The notes under the pieces are model-generated. The model had not been told where the DNA came from and ran no database searches. It worked only from the letters and a program-made list of their open reading frames with translations. Made by a program: the position numbers and the translations under genes. Shown one piece after another: positions 13,792-25,900 of a stretch of 64,000 nucleotides of DNA (position 1 is its first letter; each line of letters begins with the position of its first letter). The DNA comes from Moniliella sp. 'wahieum'. Taxonomy: Eukaryota. Location: positions 186,001 through 250,000 of the forward strand of contig RSEE01000001.1 of assembly GCA_003971905.1 (NCBI GenBank), given 5' to 3'.

Positions 13792-14623
13792 ATGCTCCCG
13801 GGCGGTGTGCGGCATCACCCGACCTTGGCTCCGGCCCCGACCCCAGCGCAGGCGCTTCCGGCGCTCGTCCGCGCTTACCTCGTCGCGTACAACCTCGCCG
13901 CCCTCTACCTCTGGACAGTGGTGCTCGCCACGACGCTCCAGGCGCGTTCCCACCCTACGCTGCCCATTTTACCTGATCTGGGCGCTGCGTTGGCTTCCTG
14001 GCGTCCCTATGGGCTTGGCCACCCATCCGCGCGCGTGCACTACGCGTAGGAAGCCTGCTCTGCACCACACAGACACTGGCGCTGGTCGAGGTGTTGCACA
14101 GTGCTTTTGGGTGGGTGCGAAGCCCCACCTCGGCTGTGGTCACAACTCTTTGCGCGCCTCTGGTGCGTGTGGGGCGTGGTCGAACATTCTCCCACCGCAG
14201 CGGGGTCGGGATGGTTTACCGTCATGCTGGTGGCATGGAGCGTAGGCGAAGTGGTGCGCTACCCGAATTACGCCATGGCCATCTTAGGTTCATCCTCCTC
14301 GCTCCTGACTTGGGCTCGGTACGTGCATCAATCCTTCCTCTCCATCCGGCGCTGGCGGGTGCAGCAGGAGACGATATTGCGCAGAGGACGAAACGCTGAT
14401 CCATACACACAGGTACACCTTGTTCCTCGTCCTCTATCCGCTCGGTTGCCTGGCAGAGACGATGCTCATGTGGCGCTCGCTACCGGCGAAGGGCGAGCGG
14501 TGGGGGCTGGTGGATGGGGCCAACGCCGTATTCATTCCGTTGTGGTGGGGAGGGCTGTATGTGATGTACATGTACATGCTCGCCCAGCGCAGCAAAGCCC
14601 TGCGCCCCGTCATACTCCAATGA
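13792..14623 (+). CDS. PHS1: Very-long-chain (3R)-3-hydroxyacyl-CoA dehydratase (PTPLA family)
   Basis: YLVAYN, EVLHSAFGWVRSP, QLFARL, AWSVGEVVRYPNY, WARY / TLFLVLYPLG..E, YMYMLAQRSKAL. Intron 14319-14412 (GTACGT..GCTGAT..CAG). Confidence 0.92.
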
Positions 14624-14999
14624 ATGGACGGATATGACAGATGCACCTTAGCCTGAGCAACCCCCAACCCCACGATGAGCATAGCCAGCTGACAAGCCCT
14701 GGTTCGTTCCTTGTCCATTCCCCAAGCCTTGCTCTTCCACTGAGCCAGTGGATGTGCGCTCAAAGCAGGATCTCCTACATCACTCGAGCGTCGCGGCGAA
14801 AACAACGACAAACCCGTGCGGACATCTGTTCCTTCGCCTCTGTCACACAGCAAAAAAACGCATGATGTGCTGACAGTCGACTTGATTTAAGTACGACCTC
14901 CCCCCCCCACTCTCTTGCCTAGGTTGCTATTCACACCGTCTTCGACGCCGCTGGGTCGATACAAGCGTATATAGCCGGTGTTGAGCTACCGGGTGACTC

Positions 15000-15880
15000 G
15001 TGAGTTTGGCCAAGGCCCCTTCAGTCCCCATTGCACCCAATAGGCCACACATCCTCCAGTCTAGTTATAACACATGCTGGCAACAAGATACATGCCTCCC
15101 GTACAGTCGACTCGGAATTTGCCACGCCCCACCTCACATTCAAGGGAGGGGCTTACATAGTTTGACTCCGATATGGTAGAGAAAATGGTTGGAACTACTA
15201 TAAAACAGAGTATACGCTCCATCCCCGACACCCACGTCCGCAACGAACCACTGGCTGTGGAGGAAGAGGATGGGACGAGGCGCGGACGGAGGGCTAGGCG
15301 CACGGACTACCACGTGATGGGGCCCGGAGCACTCGGAGGATCAGGAATGGAGGTAGACCACACGCTGCGCGACACGGGATCGCAGGAGGCGCAGAGCGCG
15401 TACCGGAGGGTGGTACATGAAAGCACCGCCATGCCCCTGGAACGCCGGGAGAAGGAGCTGCTTCGGCTGCTTGAACAAGCAGAATGCGACAAGAACATCA
15501 AGTACCAGGGACGTACCCAAAAGCCGTTTTTCCCCCTGGTTTTGACGACGCGAGGAAACTACCGCACCAAGAAAGCGGGCAAGTTGTTTGCGCATTGGAA
15601 GGATCTGGCGACTAAGTCTCAGTGGAAATGGTTGCTCGCCCGGATGTCAACCACGTTCATCCGTGTCTACACGCGCTTCCTAAGTACGGGACCGGATGGT
15701 GACCACCGGAAGGTCCTGATATCCTGGCGATTCCCCTGGTTCCTTAACAGGGGTGGCGCTACCAAAAGTAACACACGCAAATGAACGGGTCGGTTTAGGC
15801 GTAGCGTTTCCTTGTCCCAGCCTGAAGCTCTGTTAATGATATATGGATGCATCATATCGGTATGGACTTCCATTCAACCG
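15000..15880 (+). mobile_element. Degenerate CRE/Cnl1-like non-LTR retrotransposon fragment (restriction-like endonuclease region)
   Basis: ORF 15173-15784 has the RLE pattern EP..RTD..G..EVDHT..DKNIKY..FFPLVLTTRG. It is homologous to 34570-35060 (-) and 45810-45960 (+). 15781-15860 matches 43926-44010. Confidence 0.75.
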
Positions 15881-16959
15881 TAATAGTTTTTCCCGAGTTT
15901 GCACCCGTCCTCGCCCCGCAGCAGTTTAGCTTGCGGGACTGTGTCCGTTCAAAACATTTTCACTCATTCCCCAATCGTTCTTCACGCGTAAGTTTTCCCG
16001 CCGGACTGAGCAACAACACCCGGCTGGACCAGAACGACTTTAGTGGTGTTGTACACGGGAACCAAGAAAATTAAGTCGAATCAACCTGGGTCTGAGGGAA
16101 GGAGACAAACCAGCTCCCCACGGCGTGTACTTCTGAATGGTTCTCCTTACCCCAGTTATCGGTGGCGCGATTCAGCACGAAAAGCGTATGTTCCGACCGA
16201 GACCGTTCCAGCCACCCAATACAATCTAGCAGGAAGGAAGGTTATGTTTCTAGGGGCGCTTTCCGAAGATGCCGTAACGGAGGCGAAGAGGGGCCACCTC
16301 ACAGGCACGAAGAAACTTGGTGTTTTCGGGTTCGGCACGTTCAGCCCCAACGTTTTTTGGAACGCAGCATGACCGGGTGCATGCCATTATTGTTGCCGCC
16401 GGTTCTCATCGGCGGGCCTGGCTAAGGAAGATGTGTGGTCGAGGGAACGGAGTGGGCATCTGACAGGGTTTTTTGTTCAGGCACGACAGTCTGTCCTACC
16501 TTGAAGACATATGTTTTTTGGTCAGGCCCAGGCACAACAGTCCGAACGTGAACATAGTGACAGCGCCAAAGCAAGGGTGGGTCCCCAGCGCGTCAGCCAG
16601 CTCTGGCTCAGTTTCAGTCGGCGGCGCGTCATTGACTATCCGTAATCCTTTCGCCAAGACCCGTAGATGGAGAGGGGGTTGTCTTCACAGGGCATCATAT
16701 AGCTAATAGAAGTGGGGCTGGGGGGGGAGGGGGGGGTAAAAAGGTGCCGTTTTGGAAAACCTGTGCATTCTGACCGGCAGAGACGGCATGTTCTCTCGGC
16801 ATCGCGGCAGCTGGTTCGGCCAACACACATGGGTGAGAAGTAGGAAGAATGCAGTATGGTGAAGAGGGGAGAAAGGGAACAGATGGAAGAGGATATAGGC
16901 GCTGTTGACGCGCCTCGACCAGAAAAGGCACGGTGCATACTGTAACAAACCCTCGCAGT

Positions 16960-18650
16960 AATACTAGTCACTAGTCCCTGTCACCAGTCAAATTTCAAAG
17001 GTCAAATGACCGGACGGCCGGTAAGATCTAAGATCTAAGATTTGAAGCGTCCTTTCATGACATGCATGATGCATGATGCATGAAGCATGGAGCTCATGAT
17101 GCATGATGCATGAAGCTTGAAGCTTGGAGCTTGAAGAAGCTTGAGCTTGACGGGTGAGCGGTGACCGCCGGCTTGTGGCCTATAAAATCGCAAATCAGAT
17201 ACCAGAAATTTTGGCCACCGCCTCCCCGCCTACAGTTGTCCCGAGTGGGTGGCGCATTGCGAGTGGCCAGGTGCGAGGGCTTGGCATGTTTCACCAACGC
17301 TGATGTGCTTCAGTGAGGGCATCGGCGCATCATGCATCATGCATCATGCATCAATGTCAATGGATCAGCGCCTCAGCCGGTAAGTGCTAAGATAAGTACT
17401 AAGCACGAAGCATTATTACTCACTACCTCAGGACTGAGCCTCAGTGTGCAGCACCACCCACATCCCTGTACGAGGTACTCATCGATCATCGTACTCGTCA
17501 GGCATCATACATCAGCGCATCCGGCCCAAGCTCAGGCCCAGGGGCGCTCACCGTCTCAGACCCCCTTTAGCGTAACGCGGGCCTTAGGCTGGCCTTTTCT
17601 GGGCCCCCAAGCCGGCATCAGGCATCAGGGCTGAGGCCTTAGGCCTTACGCGCTTACGCCGTAAGCACGCGGTACGCTCCGCGCTCCTTGTGCCTTTTGC
17701 ATCCAGAGTGGGTGATCGATATATCGATACTCGGCACAGCTTGCATATAATGGTACAGCCCCATTGCGGCCTATTATATTTTCCCGTGACGTGTGACATT
17801 GACAGGTGAGCGGCTGACCGGTGACCGGTGACATCAGATATACAACTTGTTGCCTTTTTGATGCATGGTGCTTGAAGCGCCTTGAAGCTTGAAGCTTGAA
17901 GCTTGAAGAGCTTGAAGAGCTTGAATCTTTTTGTCGATAAATGACTGTAGTGGCAGCCTAGTAGTTTGAAGTGAGTGCTGTCTGACGAGGAAGCGAGTGT
18001 GTGCGTAGACCACGCTGAGAGCTTGCGGCAGTGCACGAAAACTGAGTACATTATTAATTGAGTACTGATGGAGTCTCTTTCTCCACCCGTCAGATCGCGA
18101 ATCATTAATTAGTCAAGCTTCAACCTCTTCGAGAGGAAAGGGATAAATGACCAACCCTCTTGCCCCGAGGCATCGAGCATCCATCATGCATCATGCATCA
18201 TGCGAACATCTGCGGAGATACCCATTACCCGGGGTGTGTCACACGTGTCACATGCTACTGTACACAATGCACGAAAACCAACCCGACCTTTTCAGATGAA
18301 AACAGCCTTGTACAACGTTCAACGTTCAACCGTATTGCGTATGGAGTCCTGCGCCGAGCACTGCGAACAAGAGAGCCGTGAAGACCGTGTCAAAAAAGAG
18401 GGAAGGATTTTGGGCTCTGTTTTTTGCCTGCCATATCTGCTGAGAGTGCGGCAGCCGCCAACTCAAAATCAGAGGTGTGCGTATGGCGGCCTGGACCAGC
18501 AAATCCGCCCAAACCCAAAGTGTGCTTCAAGCGCTTGATTCTAACAACGATAGAAGTACCAGTTGCCCTTCAGGCACAGGCCTCAGTGCCTCATTTACAT
18601 GAGTTCCATCATCTTGAAGCTTGAAGCTTGAGTCTGATCGATGATCGAGA
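16960..18650. repeat. Cluster of 7-bp-periodic palindromic microsatellites (TGA-TGCA, TGA-AGCT, TAA-GATC, TCA-CTAG, TGA-CCGG, TCA-ACGT, TTA-GGCC units)
   Basis: Directly visible arrays at about 16963, 17022, 17058-17147, 17327, 17633, 17815, 17870-17925, 18180, 18313 and 18613. Confidence 0.9.
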
Positions 18651-18843
18651 AGGTTTTGTGGCGTTGCTGCTGATTCAACCAGCTGGAACAGGCTGGAACG
18701 CATGGCTCCTCTCAGATCTCAGGTCCCACATGCTCACTCGTGGCTGTGGTTGTTGTTGCCTGGGATCTGAGACCCCGGTAGACAGAGTGGGTGGTGGATG
18801 TATTTCGCAGTCAATCAATTATTCATTTCGAGTTTCATCGATC

Positions 18844-18852
18844 ATCAGATAA
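18844..18852 (+). promoter_or_regulatory. ATCAGATAA: iron-responsive GATA repressor (SreA/Urbs1/Fep1-type) consensus ATCWGATAA
   Basis: Exact match to ATCWGATAA about 850 bp upstream of a siderophore transporter gene. Confidence 0.6.
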
Positions 18853-19688
18853 AGAAAAATGCCTGTGCGATGAGGCCGATCAGGCCGTTCGGAGATGTGG
18901 CTGATGGCGCTGATGGAACCGGAAAGGGGCCAAAGGGTCACACTTCGATCATCGGTCAGTACTCAGTATCCCTCCAGTTTCATTGCTCAGCGCTCACTCT
19001 CTTCTCGAGGACCGAGCGTTGGGAGTATGCCGTAGAGCACCGGGCCACAGTCGAGTCCAGCACACACACTTGCCGCGCGAGCGCAATCGCAGGTGTTTGG
19101 GGGCCGCAAAACGTGCTCGAAAGCTCGACGGAAGTGACAAAGGCCGGAGGCTCGTCTCGCCCTACTAGTAGGGCTGCCGTAGCCGGTAGTAGGAAATACG
19201 CGGTACAAAGGCTTTTAACCGGTAGGTCCCCGCTGAGCCACTTGCTGCTACGTATCATGCATCTCAAGCAGTAGCCCCCTGTGTTTCGCTTCAGTGTGAT
19301 AGTCATATGCCGGGCAACAGCTCTTTCCCTCGGCACTTCGTCCCCGGGATGTCAGGTACGAGTATCCACCGCGGCACTGCGTGTGCTGGGTTTCACTGGT
19401 ACAGACTATACACGCGCCTTGCTTCTCCTTGGATGAGACGAAGGGGTCCATGATGCATGAGCGCTGAGCACATGCATGGGCAGAGCAAGACTTGAGATGC
19501 TGACGAAAACGAGGCGCTCTTCGCCCTCACCGATGCGAGAGACAGGAGGAAATGCAGCTCGTTGGAGGCATGGCGATTCAAATAAAGACTGCCCTTGCTT
19601 TTCAGCTGAGCGTTGCTGATCCAAATCGTCTCCCCCATTACAGCTGCGCTCTAGCACCACAGGCGCTGGCCTCATCTGTTCTATACCG

Positions 19689-21830
19689 ATGGAGAACGAA
19701 CACGTGCACGTTGCACCCCTGCTGGAGTCGGCATGCCTAGCAACGAGAAGGTCGAGACCCCTTCTCCGCCTGAAAGCCTCAACAAGGCGGACAACTTTGG
19801 CGGGGGACACGATTCGGTTGAGGAGGATCCCTACAACCCAAACCAGAAGGAGAAAAACTTTGCCAAAGTGAACGCTCAGGAAACTCATCTTCTTCAGCAG
19901 CCTGGGATCAACCGTGTTGAGGCATTCAACCGGGTGATTGCTCGTGGCTCAATAGTAGCCTGGATGCTCTACATCTCACTTGCTCTCACTTCTATGGCGT
20001 ACACGTTTGATGAATCGTCCACATCCAGGTACGACGTATTCGCCACAAGTTATTTCAAGGCGTCGCAGTATATGGGCACCATCAGTACGGTGCAGAGCGT
20101 CATCAGTAAGTTTCTCTTTCCTGCGGGTTTGAACGAGTGCGAGCGCTAACCACAATTGGGCGCGTGATCTGTACAGCTGCGGTGTCCAAGCCCTTCCTCG
20201 CGAAGATTTCCGACACATTTTCCGGCAAATTGCATATGCAGTTACAATCGGCTTTTACCTGATTGGGTACATTGTGGTTGCATCTGCTCGCACAGGAGCG
20301 GCACTGTGTGCCGGACGGGTCATCTGCGGTACAGGGCAGGCAGGTCTCGACCTGGTGACCCAAATTATCATCGCGGACATGACGCCGTTGGAATGGCGTG
20401 GTGTCATGACTGCCCTAACCGACTTTTGCTATCTCTTCCTCCCTTATGTTGCATCTACAATGGTAGGAAGCTTGTGTCCCGCCCCGGGAACCCCTAAATA
20501 CAACCCAACTTGCTGGCGTTGGGGCTTTGGCATGTTTTGCATCATCACCCCGGTGCTTGTGACACCAGTCATACTTACTCTGACCTACGCCGACAAGCGT
20601 GCCAAGGAGGCGGGAGAACTTGGCTTGGGGGCCAGTAAGTTTGATGCGGAGAGGCTGGCGCACGGTGAAACCGGAAAGGTCAGCTTTATGACTCGGCTGA
20701 AGCAACTCTACGCTCTTCTCGTCATCATTGACGCGTTCGGTCTGGTCCTCTTGGCATTCGCCTTTGTTTTGATCTTCCTTCCCTTCAGTTTAAACGGGGA
20801 CGCCAAGGGGGGCTGGGACAACCCAAGCATGATTGCAATGATTGTGTGCGGATTTGTCATCCTTCTGCTCTTCTTTGCTTGGGAAGTCTGGGGTGCAACA
20901 GAACCATGGTCAACAAGCGAATTTGGGGGAACAAGACTTTCGTTCTTTCTGCTACGATCGACGTGTTCTACATGTGTACGTGTTCGCGTTCACTTCCTCT
21001 CCATGCATGCGATTGAGATGCTGACATAGTGCTTTCAGGTTCGGGGTCCGTCCGCTCTGCCTACTGGGACCCGTGGATCTTCGTCATTCGCCCATGGTCC
21101 ACCTCTGCTTGGTCTTACTTTACCCAAACCGAGACTGTGTGTTTGACTCTGTTTGGTATCCTCGCAGGCCTGTTTTTGCGGTACACGCACCGCTACAAGG
21201 CTATCCAGCTGTTTGGGCTGTCGGTGCGCATCATCGGAATGGGAATCACCTTTTGGGCGACAGGCAAGCATGCCAACACCACTGCTCTTACTTTTACCCA
21301 AATCCTCATTGGTCTTGGAGGTGCATGCTCGGTGGTGGGTACGCGCGTTGCCTCCCAGGCTTCTGTACCGCACCAAGATCTCGCTATGGTGACTGCAAAC
21401 CTGGCGCTCTGGTCCAAGCTCGGAAGCTCGATGGGATCGGCCATTGGCAGTGCGATCTACACTGGACGCTACAAGAAGAACTTGGTGAGCCAAGGTCTCT
21501 CGCCCCGACGGTGATCAGTGCCCTCAAGAAGTACACCAACGCACATGCCATTCCTTGGGGTCTCCGGACCGGATCAAGGTGATGGCCGCTTACACCCAAA
21601 CGATGAAGCCAATGTTCATTGTCGGCTTGAGTCTGTCGTTTGTTCCGTTGCTGTGTGGTTTGTACATGCCGAACTACTACCTGGGCAAGACCCAGAACGC
21701 CGTTGACGGAACGGCCAACGATGGGCGAGTCATTGAGGATCCCCAAGCCGACCCCAAGGGCGATATGCGCAAGGATATCGACCCTGAAGCCAAGCCTTCG
21801 TTCCTGAAGCGTGTCTGGCATGGCATCTAA
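19689..21830 (+). CDS. MFS siderophore-iron transporter (SIT/ARN, MirB/Sit1/Str-like)
   Basis: PGINRVEAF, TISTVQSVI / AAVSKPFLAKISD, QIIIADMTPLEWRG, WRWGFGMFCII, GGWDNPSMIAMIVCG, ASQASVPHQDLA, MPNYYLGKTQNAV. Introns 20106-20176 and 20976-21038. Confidence 0.93.
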
Positions 21831-22730
21831 ACATGTATCACTGGTATTATATGAGTCTGCTCGAGTCTCCTTGTCTTTACCTCAAGCACGATTCTCCCTT
21901 CCCCCACAAGAGATTGACAATCGTGATCCCTTATTAAACCACAATTCTCGCGATCATGCCGATCATGGGGGTAGAACAACCGGTGTTGCCTTTTTTTCCA
22001 AAAATAACTCTAATGTCGATGATGAGTTCGAGATGACTATATTTCGTGATATGCACACCGCATAATACACGGGGCAACAACACTGTTCTTGACGGCGCGT
22101 GCGATCGACGTGATCATGTAGGTGCATATACTACCCTCACCGGCCTCAGCCTCATATTTCATTTGCGTAGAGATGTCGATGGCAGATTCGTCGGTAGACG
22201 CAGCCCCGCTGTTGATCAACTGGTATTGGGGGAGTCCCGTTCTCTCCGCGCCTTCTTGCTCGTCGCTAGTCTTCTCCTATCCTGGGGAACAGCAATAAAA
22301 GATTCCTTTATTTCTGTGAGTCTTATATTATGACAGGCGCTGGTGTGTCGAACTGCATACATACCATGCCGTACCGCAGTGTTGTGACGTATGTTATGAA
22401 GATGTGACTTCCCTGGTTAGTCCCTCCGCAGCGCCGTTGGCACTATAGAAACCTGCCTTTCCCACATACATGCACCTTCCATTGCGCTCCCCTCTGAACC
22501 CCCCCCCCGCACCCCATTTCTTCCTGTTGTCTCTCTCTTCGCAACTGTTCTACTATACAAAACTCGATATACTTTGTTCTGGCAGTGCTCGGAATTAGCC
22601 ACCTATATAGCTTTTTCTATCAGTCGGGGTCATCTGATTCGACGACCATCGATACCGGAACGACATTACCAGCAACAGGTGACAAATTCAAAGGTAGCGC
22701 TGTCCACCAAAAAAGTCATATAATAGTATT

Positions 22731-22911
22731 TGTCACAGTCGGGGCTAAGGCGAGGGAGACCAGGATCGGACTAGGCCAAGGGGTGTAGCAATCGTTCGTG
22801 GGGAAGAAGCAAGAACAGAGGACATGGTGCGAAGTGGAAGGAACAGGGAAGGAGCGAGACGCTCGAGACGAAGAAATTGGAAATGGGAGCGAGATCAGCC
22901 AAACTATGACA
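22731..22911 (-). repeat. 3' LTR (181 bp)
   Basis: TGTCACAGTC...ACTATGACA. Differs from the other LTR only by three small indels. Confidence 0.97.
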
Positions 22912-22921
22912 TTGCCCCCTT

Positions 22922-25900
22922 TCAGACCTCATCTCCCGGGCGGCGACGAAGGCGAGAGAGGGCGAGTCGGCGGGCATGGGAGACAGGCTTATCGGGGTAG
23001 AGGGCGTGGAAACGAACCACTGGCTCGGCGTCATGAGACATGTCCGCAGCGGGTACCCACTCCCTCTCGTGGACAGGATAGCCCCGGAAGTGAACAAAGT
23101 ACTCAATGCGGCCTCCACGACCCTTGCGGCGAGAGTCGAGGACATGCTCGACCTCGTGATGAACCGCACCATCATCAGCAAACTCGGGGAGAGGAGGCGG
23201 GGGCTCGATCAAGCGGGCAGGGACCACGTCACCAGGGGTGTAGGCTCGCAAGCGGGACACATGGAACACGTCATGGAGGGAGGTGTAGGTAGTCGGGGAG
23301 GCGGACCTGGTACGCGGCGCGGCCCACGGCGCGGACAATGGGGAAAGGGGCCGAGGTAGCGATAGTCCAGGCCGTCAGAAGGCCGCTGGCTGGACACATA
23401 CCCGTCCCGACGGACCAAAACAGGCTGGCCAGCAGTGAAGGAAGCCGCCTCGGTGCGCTGCTGATCGGCATAATGCTTGTAGCGTTCTTGGGCCGCGGCG
23501 AGCGTGCGGGGGCCACCGCCTGGGCCGAAACGCAAATCCTCCAGATAGCAGAGCATCGGGCACGGGCGAAGTGGAGGGCTCCAACTCCCCGGGGGGAGGT
23601 AAATAGGTGAGGACAAAGGGGGACTGGTGGGTGCGAGTGGGAGGACGAGTGTAGGCGAATCGTGGGGCCGTGGGGAGGAGATCGACCAGTGGACTGCTGC
23701 TCGTCGAGGGTAGCAGCGGAGGTACTGTTCGAGGAGGATCTGGTTGAGTCGCTCAGTCTGGCCGTCCGTCTGGGGGTGGTACGCGGTGCTGAGGCTCGAC
23801 TTGATGCCCAAGTCGGCACAACAAGGCTTGCCAGAAGTGGCTTGTGAAGGTCGGTCCCGATCACTCACCAGATCCCGGGGAGGCCATGGTAGCGAAAGAC
23901 CTGGTGTACAAACTGGCGTGCGAGCTGGGGCGCAGTGTCCGCGTGTGGGCGGGAGGGAATGAGTGACCCTTTTGGTAAAACGATCCACCACCACCAGAAT
24001 CGCGTCGTAACCATTGGATCGGGGAAAGCTGGGTAATGTGGTCCATCGTCAAGTGGGTCCACGGGCCTTGGGGGGGGAAAGGGGCTGAAGGAGTCCAGCG
24101 GTTGGTGGCGAGGCGCTTTGTCCGTTGACAGCGGTCGCACGAGCGCAGTAGGCCCCACACGTCGGCTGACAGGATGGGGGCCACCAATATTGAGCGCGGA
24201 CACGGGCCAACGTCTTGTCGCGCCCTTCATGGCCCGCCAATGCCGAGTCGTGGGCTTGGTGGAGAATGGCAGCGCGGATCGGCGGGTCGCTGGGGACGTA
24301 TACCTGGTTTCCGTGCCACAAAGGCCGTCGCGGACCGTCAAAGCATGGCGGGTGGGCGTGGAGCCGTAGCAAGGGACCAACGAGGGTCACGAGGCAGGAT
24401 TGGCGGATGCGCTGTCGAATCTCGTCGGCAGACACTCGCCCCACCACCGGTGTATCGGGGTCCGCCGCCATGAGCTCGAGGCGGCGGCAGAACGTTCGGA
24501 CATGGGCTCCACCAGTACTTGAGGTGCCGCGTCAGGGCGGGGCCCCTCAGCGAGGTCGGGACGGCGCGACAAACCCGTCAGCCGCACCATTCTTCTGCCC
24601 GGCACGGTACACCATAGCAAGGCGGTAGGGGACAGGGTCTGGCGCCATCGGCCCTGGCGGCGGTTCAACAGGCGGGGACGGCGGAACGTAGCAATGGCCT
24701 CGTGGTCCGTAAGCACTTGGACAGTCTCAACACTTTCGACGTAATGGCGCCACACCTCCACGGCGGCCACGATGGCCAGCACCTCCTTTTCGGACGTAGT
24801 ATAGTTCAGCTCGGCCGCGGTGAACTTGCGAGAATGGAAGGCGACCGGCCGCCAACGACCGTGAACATCCTGCTGGGCGAGCACCGCACCAAGCGCCGCG
24901 TCCGACGCGTCAGTCTCGAGGCGAAGGGGGCGAGTGGGATCAAAGTGGCAGAGGAGGTGGGGCGAGGCAAAGACGCGCTTGAGCTCGGCAAACGCCTCTT
25001 CGCAGGCTGGGGTCCAAGAAAACCGCTGGTCCTTGCGTGTCAGGTCGGACAGAGGGGCTGAGATACGGGCAAAAGAACGGACGAAGTGACGGTAGTAGTT
25101 GGCGAAGCCGAGGAAGACTTGGACTTGGCGAGGGGTTCTGGGGTTGGCCACGACCGAATCGACTCAACCTTGGACGGGTCCATCCCGATCCCGTCAGGCG
25201 AAACGACGTAGCCCAGGTACTCGGTGCGGCGTGTGTGGAACTGACACTTGTCGGGTTGAGGTAGAACTTGGCCAGCTGCAGACGCCGGAGGACCTCGGCA
25301 ACGTGGCGCTCGTGCTCCATCTCATTAGTCGAAAAGATGAGGATGTCGTCGAGGTATCCCAATACCGAGACGTCGAGGAGGTCACGGAGGAGGTCGTTCA
25401 TCACAGCTTGGAAGGTGGCAGGGGCGTTGCAAAGGCCAAACGGCATAACAAGGGATTCAAAGTGTCCGTACCGAGTGCGGAAGGCAGTCTTACTCTCGTC
25501 GCCTTCTCTCACCCGCAACAAGTTATACGCCCCACGGAGGTCAAGCTTGGTGAAGATGCGGGCCCCCGAGAGGCGGTCCAACGAGTCACTAATCAGAGGC
25601 AGAGCCAACCGGTTCTTGATCGTAACCGAGTTGAGCGCACGATAGTCCACGCACAGGCGCAACGAGCCGTCCTTCTTTTTGACAAACAGGACGCCCGCGC
25701 CGAAGGGAGACTTGGATGGACGGATGAACCCTGCAGCCAGGTTCTCCTTGAGCCACTGGGACAAGGCCTGCATTTCGCCCGTCGACAAGGGGTAGAGGCG
25801 AGTGAGTGAGGTGGGGGGCGGCGCCGGGGACAAGGTCGATGGCGTGATCGGCGGCACGATGGGCGGGGAGCGTCTTAGCCCCTGACTTGGAAAAGGCGCT

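Noticed and set aside
17056..17147. Clusters of restriction-site palindromes (AAGCTT, ATGCAT, ACTAGT) as polylinker/vector contamination or a CRISPR-like array
   Set aside because: They are dispersed in many intergenic regions, tandemly repeated with decay and have no spacers, so they are treated as native arrays.
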